A DNA stretch of 64,000 nucleotides, taken from the NCBI GenBank assembly GCA_035221665.1, contig CM069145.1, positions 15,500,001 to 15,564,000 of the forward strand, read 5' to 3'. Positions within the stretch are counted from its first letter, which is position 1; each line of letters opens with the position of its first letter. The DNA comes from Okamejei kenojei. Taxonomy: Eukaryota. Positions 1 to 11,785 of this stretch are shown piece after piece. Both the position numbers and the translations under genes were made by a program. The notes below the pieces were generated by a model. It worked only from the letters and a program-made list of their open reading frames with translations. It was not told the origin of the DNA and made no database searches.

Positions 1-1309
1 TTGTTCTTGCCCATTGTAATGATTCTATTGTGTTCATATTTCATCTTCGTGCAATCTTCTGCTCCATGTATACTTCCCAATATGTGCTAGAGATTTTAAT
101 TATTTTGCGAATAGAATGATCTATGATAACCAAGTACCATTACCACTCTGACAAGATTTGTTCATAACTATTTAAAGCCAATTTACATCTGTGCACCTCA
201 ACTTTTTTCTTGTTTTGGTTAGTTCCATTTTGTGTCTGTATTCAAGAAAATTGCATTGTCAAAATATACAAATTTCTTGTTAAAGAAATACATCATCTGC
301 ACAAATTAATTCCTGCTTTGTTTCCTATATTTCTTTCTTCACTATGAACATTCTAAAAACGAAACAACTTGCATTGTATAAATTGTATATACAGTTTGCC
401 AAAGATAGGCTAAAACAAATCAATGTTTTGCAAATAACCACTGACTGATAATTTGTCCTCCATATGCAAAGAATTACAAGTTGCAGGATATGAGTTAATG
501 CATCCAATGGTGCAATTTATGTTACAAAGCGCAGGAGCAAAGTGAAGTATTGGTTGAAATCACTCCCACAAATCTTTTATCCGGAAATGTATTGTGGGAC
601 TCGAGGGGGTACTTTCATTATGTTGTCAATTCACATTTAATGGCACATGGTTGGTGCCGCATTTATCACATGGTGAAGCCCAACACTTACAAATTGTGAT
701 TGTGTCATTTAAAGTTTATCAAGCAATAATCCACAGTTGCAATTCAAATACCGTTCGAGAACATTTGAGGATGAGACTTGCCGTATTAAGGAGCTGTGAG
801 GACAATTAAGAAAATGCCTTTAAATGACTTCAAACACGTCCAGAGTAGTATGACGCAGAGATATTGCTCAAACAAACAAATGTGTGCAATTACGATATGA
901 TACAATAGAACGTTATTTATCCCTAGATGGAAAATGGTCTGCCAACAGTGATAAAACACAAGATTCATGAGAAATGAAATTAAAGTGACGAGTGGAAAAT
1001 CCAGAATTGGGGATGTGCAAAGATTGGGGGGGTGGTGGGGGGGGGGGGGGGGGGGGTGATCAGACAACCACATGACAGAATGGGGAAGAGTTGTACAGTT
1101 TGGTAGGTACAGTGAAAAAATCTTCTGTGGCGTTCTGTGCTGCATCTTGGTGCTTGCGCTGAAATATCAAGTGAATATTGAAAATGGAAGAAGTCTTCAT
1201 TCTAGCTACGGTAAAGATTTAGTTCTGTTGGTGCAACACAGTTGTTGGGAAGTCCGTGGTATGAGTAATACAAGCACTCACATTTAAAATGAAGAAGGTC
1301 TTTTCTCCG

Positions 1310-1677
1310 ATAGGGCCTGGTAATTCAGATGCCCAGACTAATGATCCGGAGACACGGGTTCGAATCCCAGCATTACAGCTGGGGGATTTAAATTTAGTTA
1401 ATTAAATAAAACCTGGAATTAAAAAAAGCCACAATCAACAATGGTGATCATGAAACTACCAGATTGTCGTGAAAACCCATCTGGTTCACTTATGTCCTTT
1501 GGCAAACAAAGTCTGCCATCCTCACCAGGCCTGGCATGTACCAGAGCACAGACAAACATCAATGTAGTTGACTCCTGGCTCCTTCTGAATTTGCCCAACA
1601 AGCCACTCAGTACAAGCTCAATTAGAGATGAACAATAAATAACCACCTTGCTGCCAGCACTTACATTTGCATGAAAG
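1310..1677 (+). mobile_element. Old tRNA-derived SINE with LINE-like 3' tail
   Basis: B-box-like GGGTTCGAATCCC at ~1356-1368. The 3' part (ttagagatgaacaataaat...) resembles the reverse complement of the LINE 3' end at ~2335-2370. A related remnant lies at ~44745-45060. Boundaries approximate. Confidence 0.55.
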
Positions 1678-2004
1678 AGTAAATTTAAGGGGAAAAAAAA
1701 CAGTTGTGTAATCAGAATACTGTAGAGTTGGCGATATTTGCTTTATCAAATTCTAATAAGGTTCTGGCACTTTCACTTAGCTGTTCTGCTGTCTGATTCC
1801 ACATTGAAAAGAAGTGATCACATTCTGGACAAGGACAGGTTTTCACGACCTTTGCACCTTTCATATCCCCGTGCAATTGCTTTGACAATACTTGACAAAC
1901 AATTAAATATTCCAAAAATAACTCTCTTAAACTTGCATTTATACTGTGGTAATTCACATCCAACAATCTTTCCACACACAGCAATGCCTTAATAACCAAA
2001 TTCA

Positions 2005-2285
2005 ATGTCCTCTCTCTCCATGCCTCTCCCTTCCCAGTTCTCTGACCAGTCTTACTGTCTCCGACTACTTTTTGTCTCTGATTGTTTTGTTGTTGGCTTC
2101 TCCCAGCTAACAATAATCTATTCTACATTTTCCTCGAGCTTCATTCCCTTTGTCCTATTTTGACACCTTACACGTCCTTATCTATGTATCTCTCTCTCTC
2201 GCTCTCTCTCCCCTGATATTCCTTCATTATTGCCATTCCTTCTCTCCAAAGATGCTGCCTGTCTTGCTGAGTAACTCTAGCATGT
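2005..2285 (+). mobile_element. Penelope-like element 3' region/pseudo-LTR remnant (hammerhead core lost)
   Basis: ccattccttctctccaaagatgctgcctgtcttgctgagtaactctagcat matches the repeat unit at 4149-4228 and 54204-54297, and is preceded by a pyrimidine-rich 3' UTR-like tract. Confidence 0.6.
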
Positions 2286-2329
2286 CATGTTTATCTTCAA
2301 TGTTTTATTTTTTTGGCTTTTGGTGTGTG

Positions 2330-2765
2330 TATCACAGGTGAGGCCAGCATTAGTTGACCATCCCTCATTGCCCTGGAGAAGGTGATGTTGAGCCGCCTTC
2401 ATGAACTGCTGCAATCCTTTCGCTGAAGGTAACTCACAATACTGGTGGGTAGGAGATTCCATGATTTAGCCCTAGCGATGATGAAGGATTGGTAATATGC
2501 TTCCAGCTTAGTCTTAGTAATGTACAACGTGGAGAGAACGTGGATACAGTGGTGTTCACATGCACCCATTGTCTTGTCATTCTTGGTGGTAAAGTGTGTG
2601 GTTTTGGGAGATGGTATTCGAGTAGCCAGGTCAATAAATGTAATGCACCTGTAGAAGATACATGAAGCAACCACTGTGCGCCTGTAGTGGAGTAAATTAA
2701 TATTAAGAGTGGTGGATCAAGCAAGAACTGAATGGACGGCTTTGTTCTGGCTGGTGTCAAAGTCT
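2330..2765 (-). mobile_element. Degraded CR1/L2-group LINE 3' end
   Basis: Minus-strand frames give decayed C-terminal LINE ORF2-like text (...KSWNLLPTSIV...AAQHHLLQGN) followed by a 3' UTR; recognised by similarity to shark LINE tails. Confidence 0.5.
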
Positions 2766-2829
2766 GTTAGTAATTTTGTTTTAAAGATGAATGTTGGCCA
2801 GGGTCCAATTGAGCATTCCTCCATCATTC

Positions 2830-3582
2830 ATGGTAAATGGTAGGGAATTGAGGAATGCTGTGGAACAGAGGGATCTATGAATAACTGTGCATAGTTCCCT
2901 GAAGGTGGAATCGCATGTAGATAGGGTGGTAAAGAAAGCCTTTGGTGTGCTGGCCTTTATGAATCAGAGCATTGAATATAGGAGTAGGGAAGTAATGTTA
3001 AAATTGTACAAGGCATTGGTAAGACCAATTCTGGAGTATGGTGTACAATTTTGGTCACCTAGTTATAGGAAGGATGTCAACAAAATAGAGAGAGTACAGA
3101 GGAGATTTACTAGAATGTTGCCAGGGTTCCAGCAACTATGTTACAGAGAAAGGTTGAACAAGTTAGGTCTTTATTCTTTGGAGCACAGAAGGTTAAGGGG
3201 GGACTTGATTGAGGTCTTTAAAATGATGAAAGGGATAGACAGAGTTGACGTGGATAAGCTTTTCCCATTGAGGGTAGGGAAGATTCAAACAAGAGGGCAT
3301 GACATGAGAATTAAGGGACAGAAGTTTAGGGTAACGTGAGGGGGAACTTCTTTACTCAGAGGGTGGTGGCTGTGTGGAATGAGCTTCCAGCAGAAGTGGT
3401 GGAGGCAGGATCGATTTTAACATTTAAAAGTAAAGTGGATAGGTATATGGACGTGAAGGGAATGGAGGGGTATGGTCTGAGTGCAGGTAGATGGGACTAG
3501 GGGAAAACAAATGGTCGGCACGGACTGGAAGGGCCGAGAGGGCCTGTCTCCGTGCTGTAATTGTTATATGGTTATATGGTTA
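2830..3582 (+). mobile_element. CR1-clade LINE, 5'-truncated, RT C-terminus plus 3' UTR
   Basis: ORF 2887-3339 contains LYKALVRPILEYGVQFWSP...IERVQRRFTRMLPG...RLRGDLIEVFKMMKG, typical of CR1 ORF2. It ends in a (TTATATGG)n tandem tail. Confidence 0.9.
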
Positions 3583-4006
3583 TTCCCCGAAATAATGCTT
3601 TGCTTTTTGTTTAAATCCACCCTCAGTATGGAGGAGACTTTGATTTCAGCTCTTGGTGAAAGAATTGGAAGATGTAAAGGCCAGCCCTATCCCAGTATTG
3701 CACAGAAATGTTTCTGAGTTTTTGATTAAGTCCATACTTTTGATTTAACCCCCAAACTCAAAGGAAGGTGTGGATGATGCATGTCGAAAATTATTTGAAA
3801 AAGTATTATCTCCTCTCTGCAGTCTTCAAAGTTACGATTTCCAAGTTATGATCTGTGGCTGGTGGGCAGCTGTGGGGCTCTGGGGTTCCAGCCTTGATGC
3901 TAATTGCTTTTATGTTTCTTTTTTTTGGCATAGTTACTCACCATCATAAATCCACAGTGAAATAAAAAACTTGTTATCACTTGTTATAAAGGTGATAAGT
4001 ACTATT

Positions 4007-4230
4007 TGTAGAGAAAGGAACTGCAGATGCTGGTCTGCACCAAAGAGAGACACAAAAATCTGGAGTAACACAGTTGGACAGGCAGCATCTCTGGAGAGAA
4101 GGAATGGGTGACGTTTCAGGTCGAGACACTTCTTCAGTCTAACAAAGGGTCTCGACCCGATATGTCAACCATTCCTTCTCTCCAAAGATATTGCCTGTCC
4201 CGCTGAGTTACTCCAGCATTTTGTGTCTTT
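4007..4230. mobile_element. Palindromic Penelope-like pseudo-LTR dimer (inverted arms ~4048-4137 and ~4138-4228)
   Basis: The two arms are imperfect reverse complements, and the left arm has a ~37-nt tail. Flanked by ATAAGTACTATT (3995-4006) and ATAAGAACTATT (4231-4242), a TSD-like repeat. Confidence 0.8.
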
Positions 4231-4871
4231 ATAAGAACTATTCACTGAGGAAAAATATATATCACTGGTAGAATTGTGATTATGATTATGTTTAAACTCT
4301 TCTTTGAACAACGCGAACAAGTTTTATTTTGTTGAATCCAACTGAAGCCAAAAGCAATCTGGTTCAAAAGTGCTTGATAATATTACAGGATGAAAAAACC
4401 TCCCGATGAAAATAAAATAGTTCTATCTTGAACTCTCATCAAAAGATCAGAATAATTTAATATTAATTATTACATCCCCACACCCCCAAGGATCCCCTCC
4501 ATTATTTTGTGTTAATTCCTGAATGTATCGACTCTTTGCTCGAAAACTGCTCCAGGCATTGCTATTACTAACTCAAGTACATTGCTCAAATTGTCATCCT
4601 TCATGTTGGAACATAGAATGCCCAGATAGCTAGCACTGAAGCCAAAAGCAATCTAGTTCACACCTGATATCCACATGGACTTTAGAGCAATGACAATGAG
4701 TATTTTATATTTGTACATCATTACATTAGCTGACTGTTGACCTTTAACTACTGCTGCTATCATGCCAGTTAATATCTGAGGTAGATTTCACACCAGAAGT
4801 ATCCAGTCTCTGGTCAGTGAAACTTTGTAGCTGGATGAGTCACCAGTCTGTGAACAAAACTGGGTCTCTTA

Positions 4872-5176
4872 TTTGTTTTAGTTTTAGAGATACATCGTGG
4901 AAGGATACCCACCGAGTCAGCGCCAACCAGCAATCACCTGTACACTAGTCCTGTCCTATCCTACGTACTAGGGGAAATTTTACAGATGCCAATAAACCTA
5001 CAAACCTGCACCCCTTTGGAATATGGAAGGTAAAGCTGAAGCACCCCCTGGAGAAAACCCATGTGGTCACAGGGAGAATGTACAAACTCCATACAAACGG
5101 CAGCCGCAGTCAGGATTGAACCTGGATGTCTGGTGCTGGAAGGCAGGAACTCAACCGCTGCGCCACTGTGCCGCCC
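4872..5176 (-). mobile_element. tRNA-derived V-SINE (HE1-like)
   Basis: Minus strand starts GGGCGGCACAGTGGCGCAGCGG (A box) ... GGTTCAATCC (B box), has a V-domain-like gtatggagtttgtacattctccc, and a (TAAAA/CTAAA)-type tail. Confidence 0.8.
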
Positions 5177-5196
5177 ATGGGAGTGAAGGATGTAAA

Positions 5197-5399
5197 AGGC
5201 CTGTCCCACTTGACTGACGTATCAGGGTCGCCGAAAGATTTTAAAAAATGTCAAAATCTAACGGCGACAAACAAATGTTGCGACACGTGCGGCGACACCG
5301 CGCATCATTACGTCATCACGCCGCGACTTTTTCGGTGACCGGATATGTCAGTCAATGATGCCGACAGTCGCCGAAAAAGTCGCCAAGTGGGACAGGCCC
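5197..5399. mobile_element. PIF/Harbinger-type MITE
   Basis: Terminal inverted repeats GGCCTGTCCCACTT ... AAGTGGGACAGGCC with internal repeated gtcgcc/ggcgac motifs; TIR related to the MITE at 48154. Confidence 0.75.
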
Positions 5400-5858
5400 T
5401 ACAATTGTGAACGCAGCCCAGACCATCGCACAAACTAACCTCCTTTCCATGGACACCATCTGCACCTCCGCTGCGTCGGCAAGGCCACCAGCATAATCAA
5501 GTCACACCCCGGTCACTCTCTCTTCTTCCCTCTCCATTCGGCAAGAGAATTAGAAGTGTGAAAACATATACCTCCAGATTCAAAACAGTTTCATACCAGC
5601 TATTATCAGGCATCTGAACCATCAACAAAAAAGAGCGGGGCTGAGCTACTATCTACCTCACTGGGAGACACTGAGACTATCATTAATCAAACTTTACTGG
5701 ACTTTATCTTGCACTAAACATCATTTCCTTTATCCTGTAGCTGTACACCTTCGATGGATAAATTATGATCATGCATCATCTTTCCACTGACTGAACAGCA
5801 CCCAATAAAAATCTTTTCACTGTACCTCGATACACATGATAATAAACTAAACTAAACT
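5400..5858 (+). mobile_element. Rex1/Babar-like LINE 3' end
   Basis: Decayed RT C-terminal coding sequence (IVNAAQTI...HPGHSLF..LP) followed by a 3' UTR ending cttttcactgtacctcgatacacatgataataa(ACTAA)n. Confidence 0.6.
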
Positions 5859-8800
5859 ACATGTTGTTGGGGGACCGAGGGAGGAAAACCATAGTGCTGG
5901 GTGCTGGGGACAGTGTTGGGGGTGGTGAACGCAGCAATCCCCACATTGGGTTTCTCGTCTGGTGCACCATTCCACTCATTTCTCAAACCAATAAGTGGAA
6001 CTCGTTATAACATCCTTCACACACTGCCCAGAATAGTCCAAAGGACGCTGTTTCATGTCTTACATGAGGCTTTTGCCTGCCACAGAACTTTTCTGCGTGT
6101 CTATCATTGGCTCAGGGAGAGAAAGCCACGGTTGTGGCAGATTGTGCCCCTCAGCTTTGGTTCTCAAGCCCATTTCTAATCAGAGGCTCTTAGACAAACA
6201 TATTTACATCTCGGTTGTGTAATTTTGCTTGCATTGAGTTTCAGGCATGTTTTTATTAAAGTAATCATTCTTATCAGTTATTCTATTGAAAATGTTAATA
6301 TTCTCAGGGATACCTGTGTATCATACCATGCAAAAGTTGGTATTCAAGTTTGTACCTGCAGATCCTCACCATGAATCTCAGCCATTGATGTTCTGCGGAC
6401 AACAGGACAGAACCCTAAGAATGAGCCAACTAGGCAGATACAGAGCCTCAGTGTCGGAGGCGGGATAGATTCTTCATCTTCCTCTCAAGCATGCCATATT
6501 GTGCAGTAGACCTAAGAAATAGATGAACTACTTATTTTGTTTTATAATAGTAAAAATGACAGATAAAATCGCATGGTGTTCATGTCAAGATGGAAATGCA
6601 GTACTCCAAGGGTTAACAGGAAAGCCTTACAACACATAATCAAAGCTTGACCTCAGGTTAGTTAAGGGGCAATACAATGTAGGGGAGGGGGTGGGATTGG
6701 TAAGGTCTAGTATCTAATAATAAACTAGCAGTCGCTGTAGCAAATCTTGTGTAAAACTGTCTAATCTGATCTTGCCATGTGGTAATTTTCCAGATAAATG
6801 GACAGTCGGTTACACAGTTCCACTGTTCAAGGTCAATGATCCATATAATACAGACAATTACTGAGGTTTTTCATTGCCAGCTCTTTGGGGAAACTTTTTC
6901 ATCAAGTACTGAGCAACAGAAAATAAACATCCTATACAAAGGCAACTATCAATTAAAGAAAATCAAATTGATTGTTAATATATTGATAAGAAGTGCTAAA
7001 TTAAAACACAAAAGAAAGGTAAATATGTTAAGTATACATTTGTAGAAATTTAACATTTTTATGTTTCACTTTCTTCAAAACGTTTCAATGCTATTGAACA
7101 ACAGCTTGTTTTATTAATTACCAGGGCCTGAAATCAATAGCCAGCTCCATAATGCAATTAAAAACATAACAAAAGTCACCCTACGGTAAGATTTTAAAAT
7201 GAGTCACTGCAACACATCCTTAAGATTGATCCCTTGCAATTCACAACGTCACACATTATTTAAATGTGCTATCAATTACTATTAGACTTTATAAACTAAT
7301 AAAACCACAAGTGTTAGGAACTTTTAATTTAAATTGCTTCCTATATGCAAGTAAATGAATACACATTACCCCTAATAAAACAAGGATACATTCCTTGCAA
7401 TGGCATCATTGGTCTAATTTAATGAATAATACCCACTGATATAGTAAGTCATTATTGCTGCCACAAAGCTTTTGTTTTCAGAAACTACATTAACAACAAG
7501 TATCATGCAAAAATAATTTCATCAAATTACAGTTACATTTTTTCACTCTAGGAATGCCATGAAGGCACTAATTATACTGGAGAACTGTTAAAATGTATAT
7601 ATAATCATGCACTAGAGGCTGTCATATTTATCTCCTTAATATTATAAACTTGTAGGAAATAAAATTGGCCACAGATTCAGTATAGTGACAGGTTGGGAAC
7701 AAATATAATTGGCAATAAACATCCAGAATTTTTATTATTAAAATCAATATAAAAGCTTCCAGATATATATTTTTAAATCGGGCTTAAACTCCAAATGTGT
7801 AGGTTAAAATAGACACAGATAATCACACAATTGTAAATAATGTATCAAAATTTGCATATGCTTTTCAGTAATTTAACCTGAATTTCATTGTGATGATAAT
7901 CTAATTTGAAAAGTATGAGGGCTAAGTGTTTCTGTTTCCTTCCCATGGCTGTCAATTAAAGCAGAAGCAACAACATTCTAGTGCTAGATTTACAGAACAC
8001 AACTGACAAAACCCAAATGCATTATCTTTTTCATTTGTGTTAATTTTTTTCAAGTGATATTCCTCAATTTTTGCACCAGATCTATTTTATCTATTAATTT
8101 CCAAATGGGTGGAATTGCTGTTTTTGAGCCCTACTGTTGCTATAATAAAAAAAAAATCTAAATTGAACATTTGGTGGAAGTATTTTAATGCATTTAATGC
8201 AAATATGATATTTTGTCATTAGTGTCGGAGTAATTTCCAGCAGTGCTCAAATAAAGAATAAATTCTAAAATCTCTGTAATTCAATGCAGTTGTATTGGCA
8301 AGAACATCAGCAGCTGTCATAATTTCAAGTAATGCCAACAACATATGTATGTTTTCAGTGAGCAACTCTAGCTGTGTTGGTTGCATGATTGCAAACAGAA
8401 GTGGTAAAGATAGTGCTTGACAAAGTTAAACGATGTGGAAAGATAGAGTTTGGAGTTCATTTAAGAGTAATTTTTAATGGAGAAAATTGGGAGAATAAAA
8501 CAGGCAGAACTGATAAATTATGGTGATTAAAAAGTGAAGCAAATGAAGAAAGATGTATCAAGGGAATCAAATGAAAAGCCAAAGGAATGTAACACAAAGT
8601 TAGAGAATCTGCATTGGAGAATGAAAGAAAACAAAACAAATAGATTTTTTGGGGAATGAAAATGGAAGTACATAGACAGAAAATGCTGGCCCAATAAAAA
8701 AAAAGAAAGTCTAAACAACTACTCGCTCTCTTTATTGGGGGCCCATCTTGAAATTTGTCTAATCTCAAACAGGACAAAGGTCAGAGCGCTATAATCAGTC

Positions 8801-9589
8801 CTTATTCGCTGATGTGGAGAGGGAGTTATTTACCCAGCATTCCACCTCTCTTACAGTGACTCTGGATGGAAACTGGTGAGATGACATCAATTTCCGGGCT
8901 CCATTTATAAATAAATTGTTGATGCTCAAAGGGGGTGACGATCTGAAGGGGGACAACTCTGGGGCATGTCCCATACTCATGCGAATGGGCGTTGTGAGTT
9001 CCTGATGTGGATTCCTACTGTGTATGACTCTCAGGGTTGCCCATACTGTTAGGGACACATTTTGGCTGTCTACAAATCAGGAAGCCACATGTGCTGGTCA
9101 ACGATGCAGGTTCAGGGGGGGGGAGACTTCCTGCCTGCAATGGATGTTATGCTGGTTGGGGGGGGGGGGTTAAATATGTTTTTAATGCTACAGGGATCAA
9201 GGAAAGTATTGTAATTGGACCCCCAAGTTGACAATCCGCAACCAACACTTAGTATCGTCAGGCCTTCATTGATGCAACAAATTGTAGGGGATTCCTGCTG
9301 CTGTCGCCCTCTGATCACTAAAGGCCCATCTGATAAAAGGCCAGAATCCAGGGCTTCAAGTTCAGGTCCAATTTAAGGACCTCCCAGCTCATTCCCACTG
9401 GCCTTACAGAAGCTGTGAGCAGTGAATTATCAGGTCGACATCCCACATTAGGCAGGTCTCATAAACAAGCTAATGAGGTGAAAGAATTGAGCACTAGAGG
9501 AGATAAACACAATTTGAAATAAAGATAAATCTTTGTGATCGATGACCAGATGGAGAAAACAGCTGCCACAAACCTTTATGACTAGCTGT

Positions 9590-9855
9590 GTTTAGTTTAT
9601 TGTCACGTGTACCGAGGTACAGTGAAAAGCTTTTGTTGCGTGCTAACCAGTCAGCAGAAAGATGATATATGATTACCATCGAGCCACCCTGCATTTGGGA
9701 CAGTGAAATGGTCCCAAAGCCTGCTAACTATCACATATGAACTCAGTGGGCTGTTTCTATGCATTATGTGCTCAACTGGGAATTGTACTTATGCATATAA
9801 TCTTACTGATCTGTATAAAAATGCATCTCACTGTACCTTAGTACAAATGATAATA
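9590..9855. mobile_element. Two oppositely oriented Rex-like LINE 3' tail remnants
   Basis: 9590-9690 is the reverse complement of the 5780-5850 tail (tttattgtcacgtgtaccgaggtacagtgaaaagc). ~9760-9855 is a + strand decayed copy (cactgtaccttagtacaaatgataataa). Confidence 0.5.
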
Positions 9856-11303
9856 AGGGAACCATTGAAGATAATTTTTTTTTAAATTTAAAAGTTCTTT
9901 TTTTATTGTTTTACAAAGAGCAAGAATCGATGAAGGATTAGAATCCGCTCACCTTAGCCTGATGGTCCTTCAGCTTATTGATGTGTTTCCCCAAACAACA
10001 AACTGATTTTCATTGGAGTTACCTTTCAATGTTATGTTGAGTTTCATGTTCCTCCTAGCTTAACACTTCCACAACAAATGATTTGAATCTCAGGAGCTAC
10101 TGTGCAAAAATACATAGATGTTCTACCTTACGATTTTTGACTTGTGCACATATTATGCCAAGTTCATTGTATAGCAGATTTTGAGACTGCCTATCTAGGT
10201 GTCACTTTATGTTTCAGGAACGGAAATGTTAACACATTCAAACTAAGTTCCAGTAGATGGCAGTCTCACAGAATTTAAGTGATGTGCCGTTATTATGCAT
10301 GTGATGATTCTCAATTACAGCAATCTGTCGATAACTTTGCGTATAAAAATTAGTTCAATTTAAACTTTTAAAACAAACTATTCCCCAACATGTAGCCATG
10401 ATAAATTAATTTCCCCATTAAAACAAGTCAAAGAAAATAAAATGTTTTTAATTCTTTATCGGAATATTGAAATGAAGTTAAATGTTAAAGGCGTTATAAG
10501 GTGTTTTTCAATTCTTGGGATGTATTTAAAGATTGTTTAAATATTAAATGCAAAAACACATCTCATCCACTCAAAACACATTATTCTTTAAATGCTTTAA
10601 GCACTCAACAGAAATGTTAAAACCTTTGTCTGAAAATTGGGCTATTTATTTAGTTGCTGTGTAAGCAGCTTTTCTCAGGCGTTTTAGCAGTTTAGGAAAT
10701 AAAAGTGAGGGTGGTTACATACACATAACAGCTATGGGAATTAGACAATTCACTTGGTCATTTGCCCAACAGCTTTGTACATAATATGTAATAGCCCCCT
10801 TACTGACCCAACATCTGCTGAGTGAAGAATCACTCCCTTTAAAATACTCAAATTTTCTCTTGTTCTTTCCAGTGAGAAAGAAAATAACCCACATGAATAC
10901 CTTTGTTTCTCCCCACTAACTACTAGGATTGTTTTTACAGTAGATCTTTATCAGATATGAAATATAACATACACCAGTCAAAGGTTCCTGCGTTTAAACA
11001 ACCTTATGTAAAATGCTACCTAAAAATGGGAAAAGGAGTTAATTGAAAAGCACATTTTAGTGGCTGCTGTTTTAATAACAACACATACTTAACTAATTTG
11101 AACATTTATACAAATCTGCATCATATAACTATGAGTAATTATTAAAAGCTGTGTTCACGTATTAGGTATTCAATAGTGATTTAAAAACAATTTATTATAA
11201 TTTTCATTTTTTAACGAAGGAAGCAAATTGCCATTGAAGAATGTTAAGTTGAGTTTATTGCCCTATGCACATGTATTGGCAAGGTAAATGTACAATGACA
11301 AGC

Positions 11304-11432
11304 TTTAAAGAAGGAACTGCAGATGCTGGAGAATCGAGGGTACACAAAAAGCTGGAGAAACTCAGCGGGTGCAGCAGCATCTATGGAGTGAAGGAGATAG
11401 GCGACGTTTCAGGTCGAGACCCTTCTTCAGAC
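11304..11432 (-). mobile_element. Penelope-like pseudo-LTR solo copy with hammerhead motif
   Basis: Near-identical to 56090-56218. Minus strand reads CTGAAGA-A-GGGT-CTCG-ACCT-GAAA-CGTC at 11430-11403. Confidence 0.85.
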
Positions 11433-11643
11433 CCTTGCTTGCAGCAGTATCACAGGCACTTCGTTTCTGACAACACACAGAACAAACAAGACATCAGTGC
11501 AAGTCCAAAGTAGTGCAAGTCATGATCCGTAATGTTCAGTTGCTCAAGTAAGATTAGGGTTGTGCAGAATGGTTCACTAACTGATGGCCTGAGGAAAGTA
11601 GCTGTTTCTGACCCTGGTTTATTTTAGTTTAGTTTAGTTTAGA

Positions 11644-11697
11644 GGGGTGGAAGATTGCAACCTTCATGTGGTCCGCCCTGTTTCGACTAATGCAATT
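11644..11697 (+). ncRNA. HDV-like self-cleaving ribozyme (minimal nested double pseudoknot)
   Basis: P1 GGGGTGG (11644-50) / CCGCCCT (11673-79) with G1-U wobble; P2 (G)ATTGCA (11653/4-59) / TGCAAT(T) (11691-96/7); P3 ACC/GGT; L3 TTCATGT; mini-P4 with TTCG loop; J4/2 CTAA with putative catalytic C at 11687. Confidence 0.75.
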
Positions 11698-11785
11698 AAC
11701 TCGATGTGCACAAACAGAAGGTCAAATAGAACACGTTGTCCTACAACTTTAGGTTGTGCACGCCACACGAAAGAAGAAGAAGAAG
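11644..11785 (+). mobile_element. Short non-autonomous retroelement with HDV-like ribozyme head and (GAA)n tail (possibly Ingi/Vingi- or RTE-mobilised)
   Basis: TSD GTTTAGA(G) at 11637-11643/4 and 11786-11792/3; (AAG)n tail at ~11771-11785; structured 5' end. Confidence 0.8.

Noticed and set aside
1026-1056. Poly-G tract and the resulting proline-rich ORF 786-1145
   Set aside because: Low-complexity homopolymer; the ORF has no other protein-like signal.
5105-5176. tRNA gene (also heads at ~1340-1370, ~12020-12095, ~43485-43550)
   Set aside because: A/B boxes are present but they are SINE heads continuing into V-domain and tail sequence; no intact cloverleaf is evident.
6356-6511. Minus-strand exon-like segment (ttcttag|G ... 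CAG|gtacaa)
   Set aside because: All three frames contain stops and the splice signals are only moderate; a non-coding exon cannot be supported without transcript data.
8770-9480. GC-richer block that might be an exon or a TE
   Set aside because: No convincing ORF, splice-site pair, TIR or family motif recognised; left unannotated.
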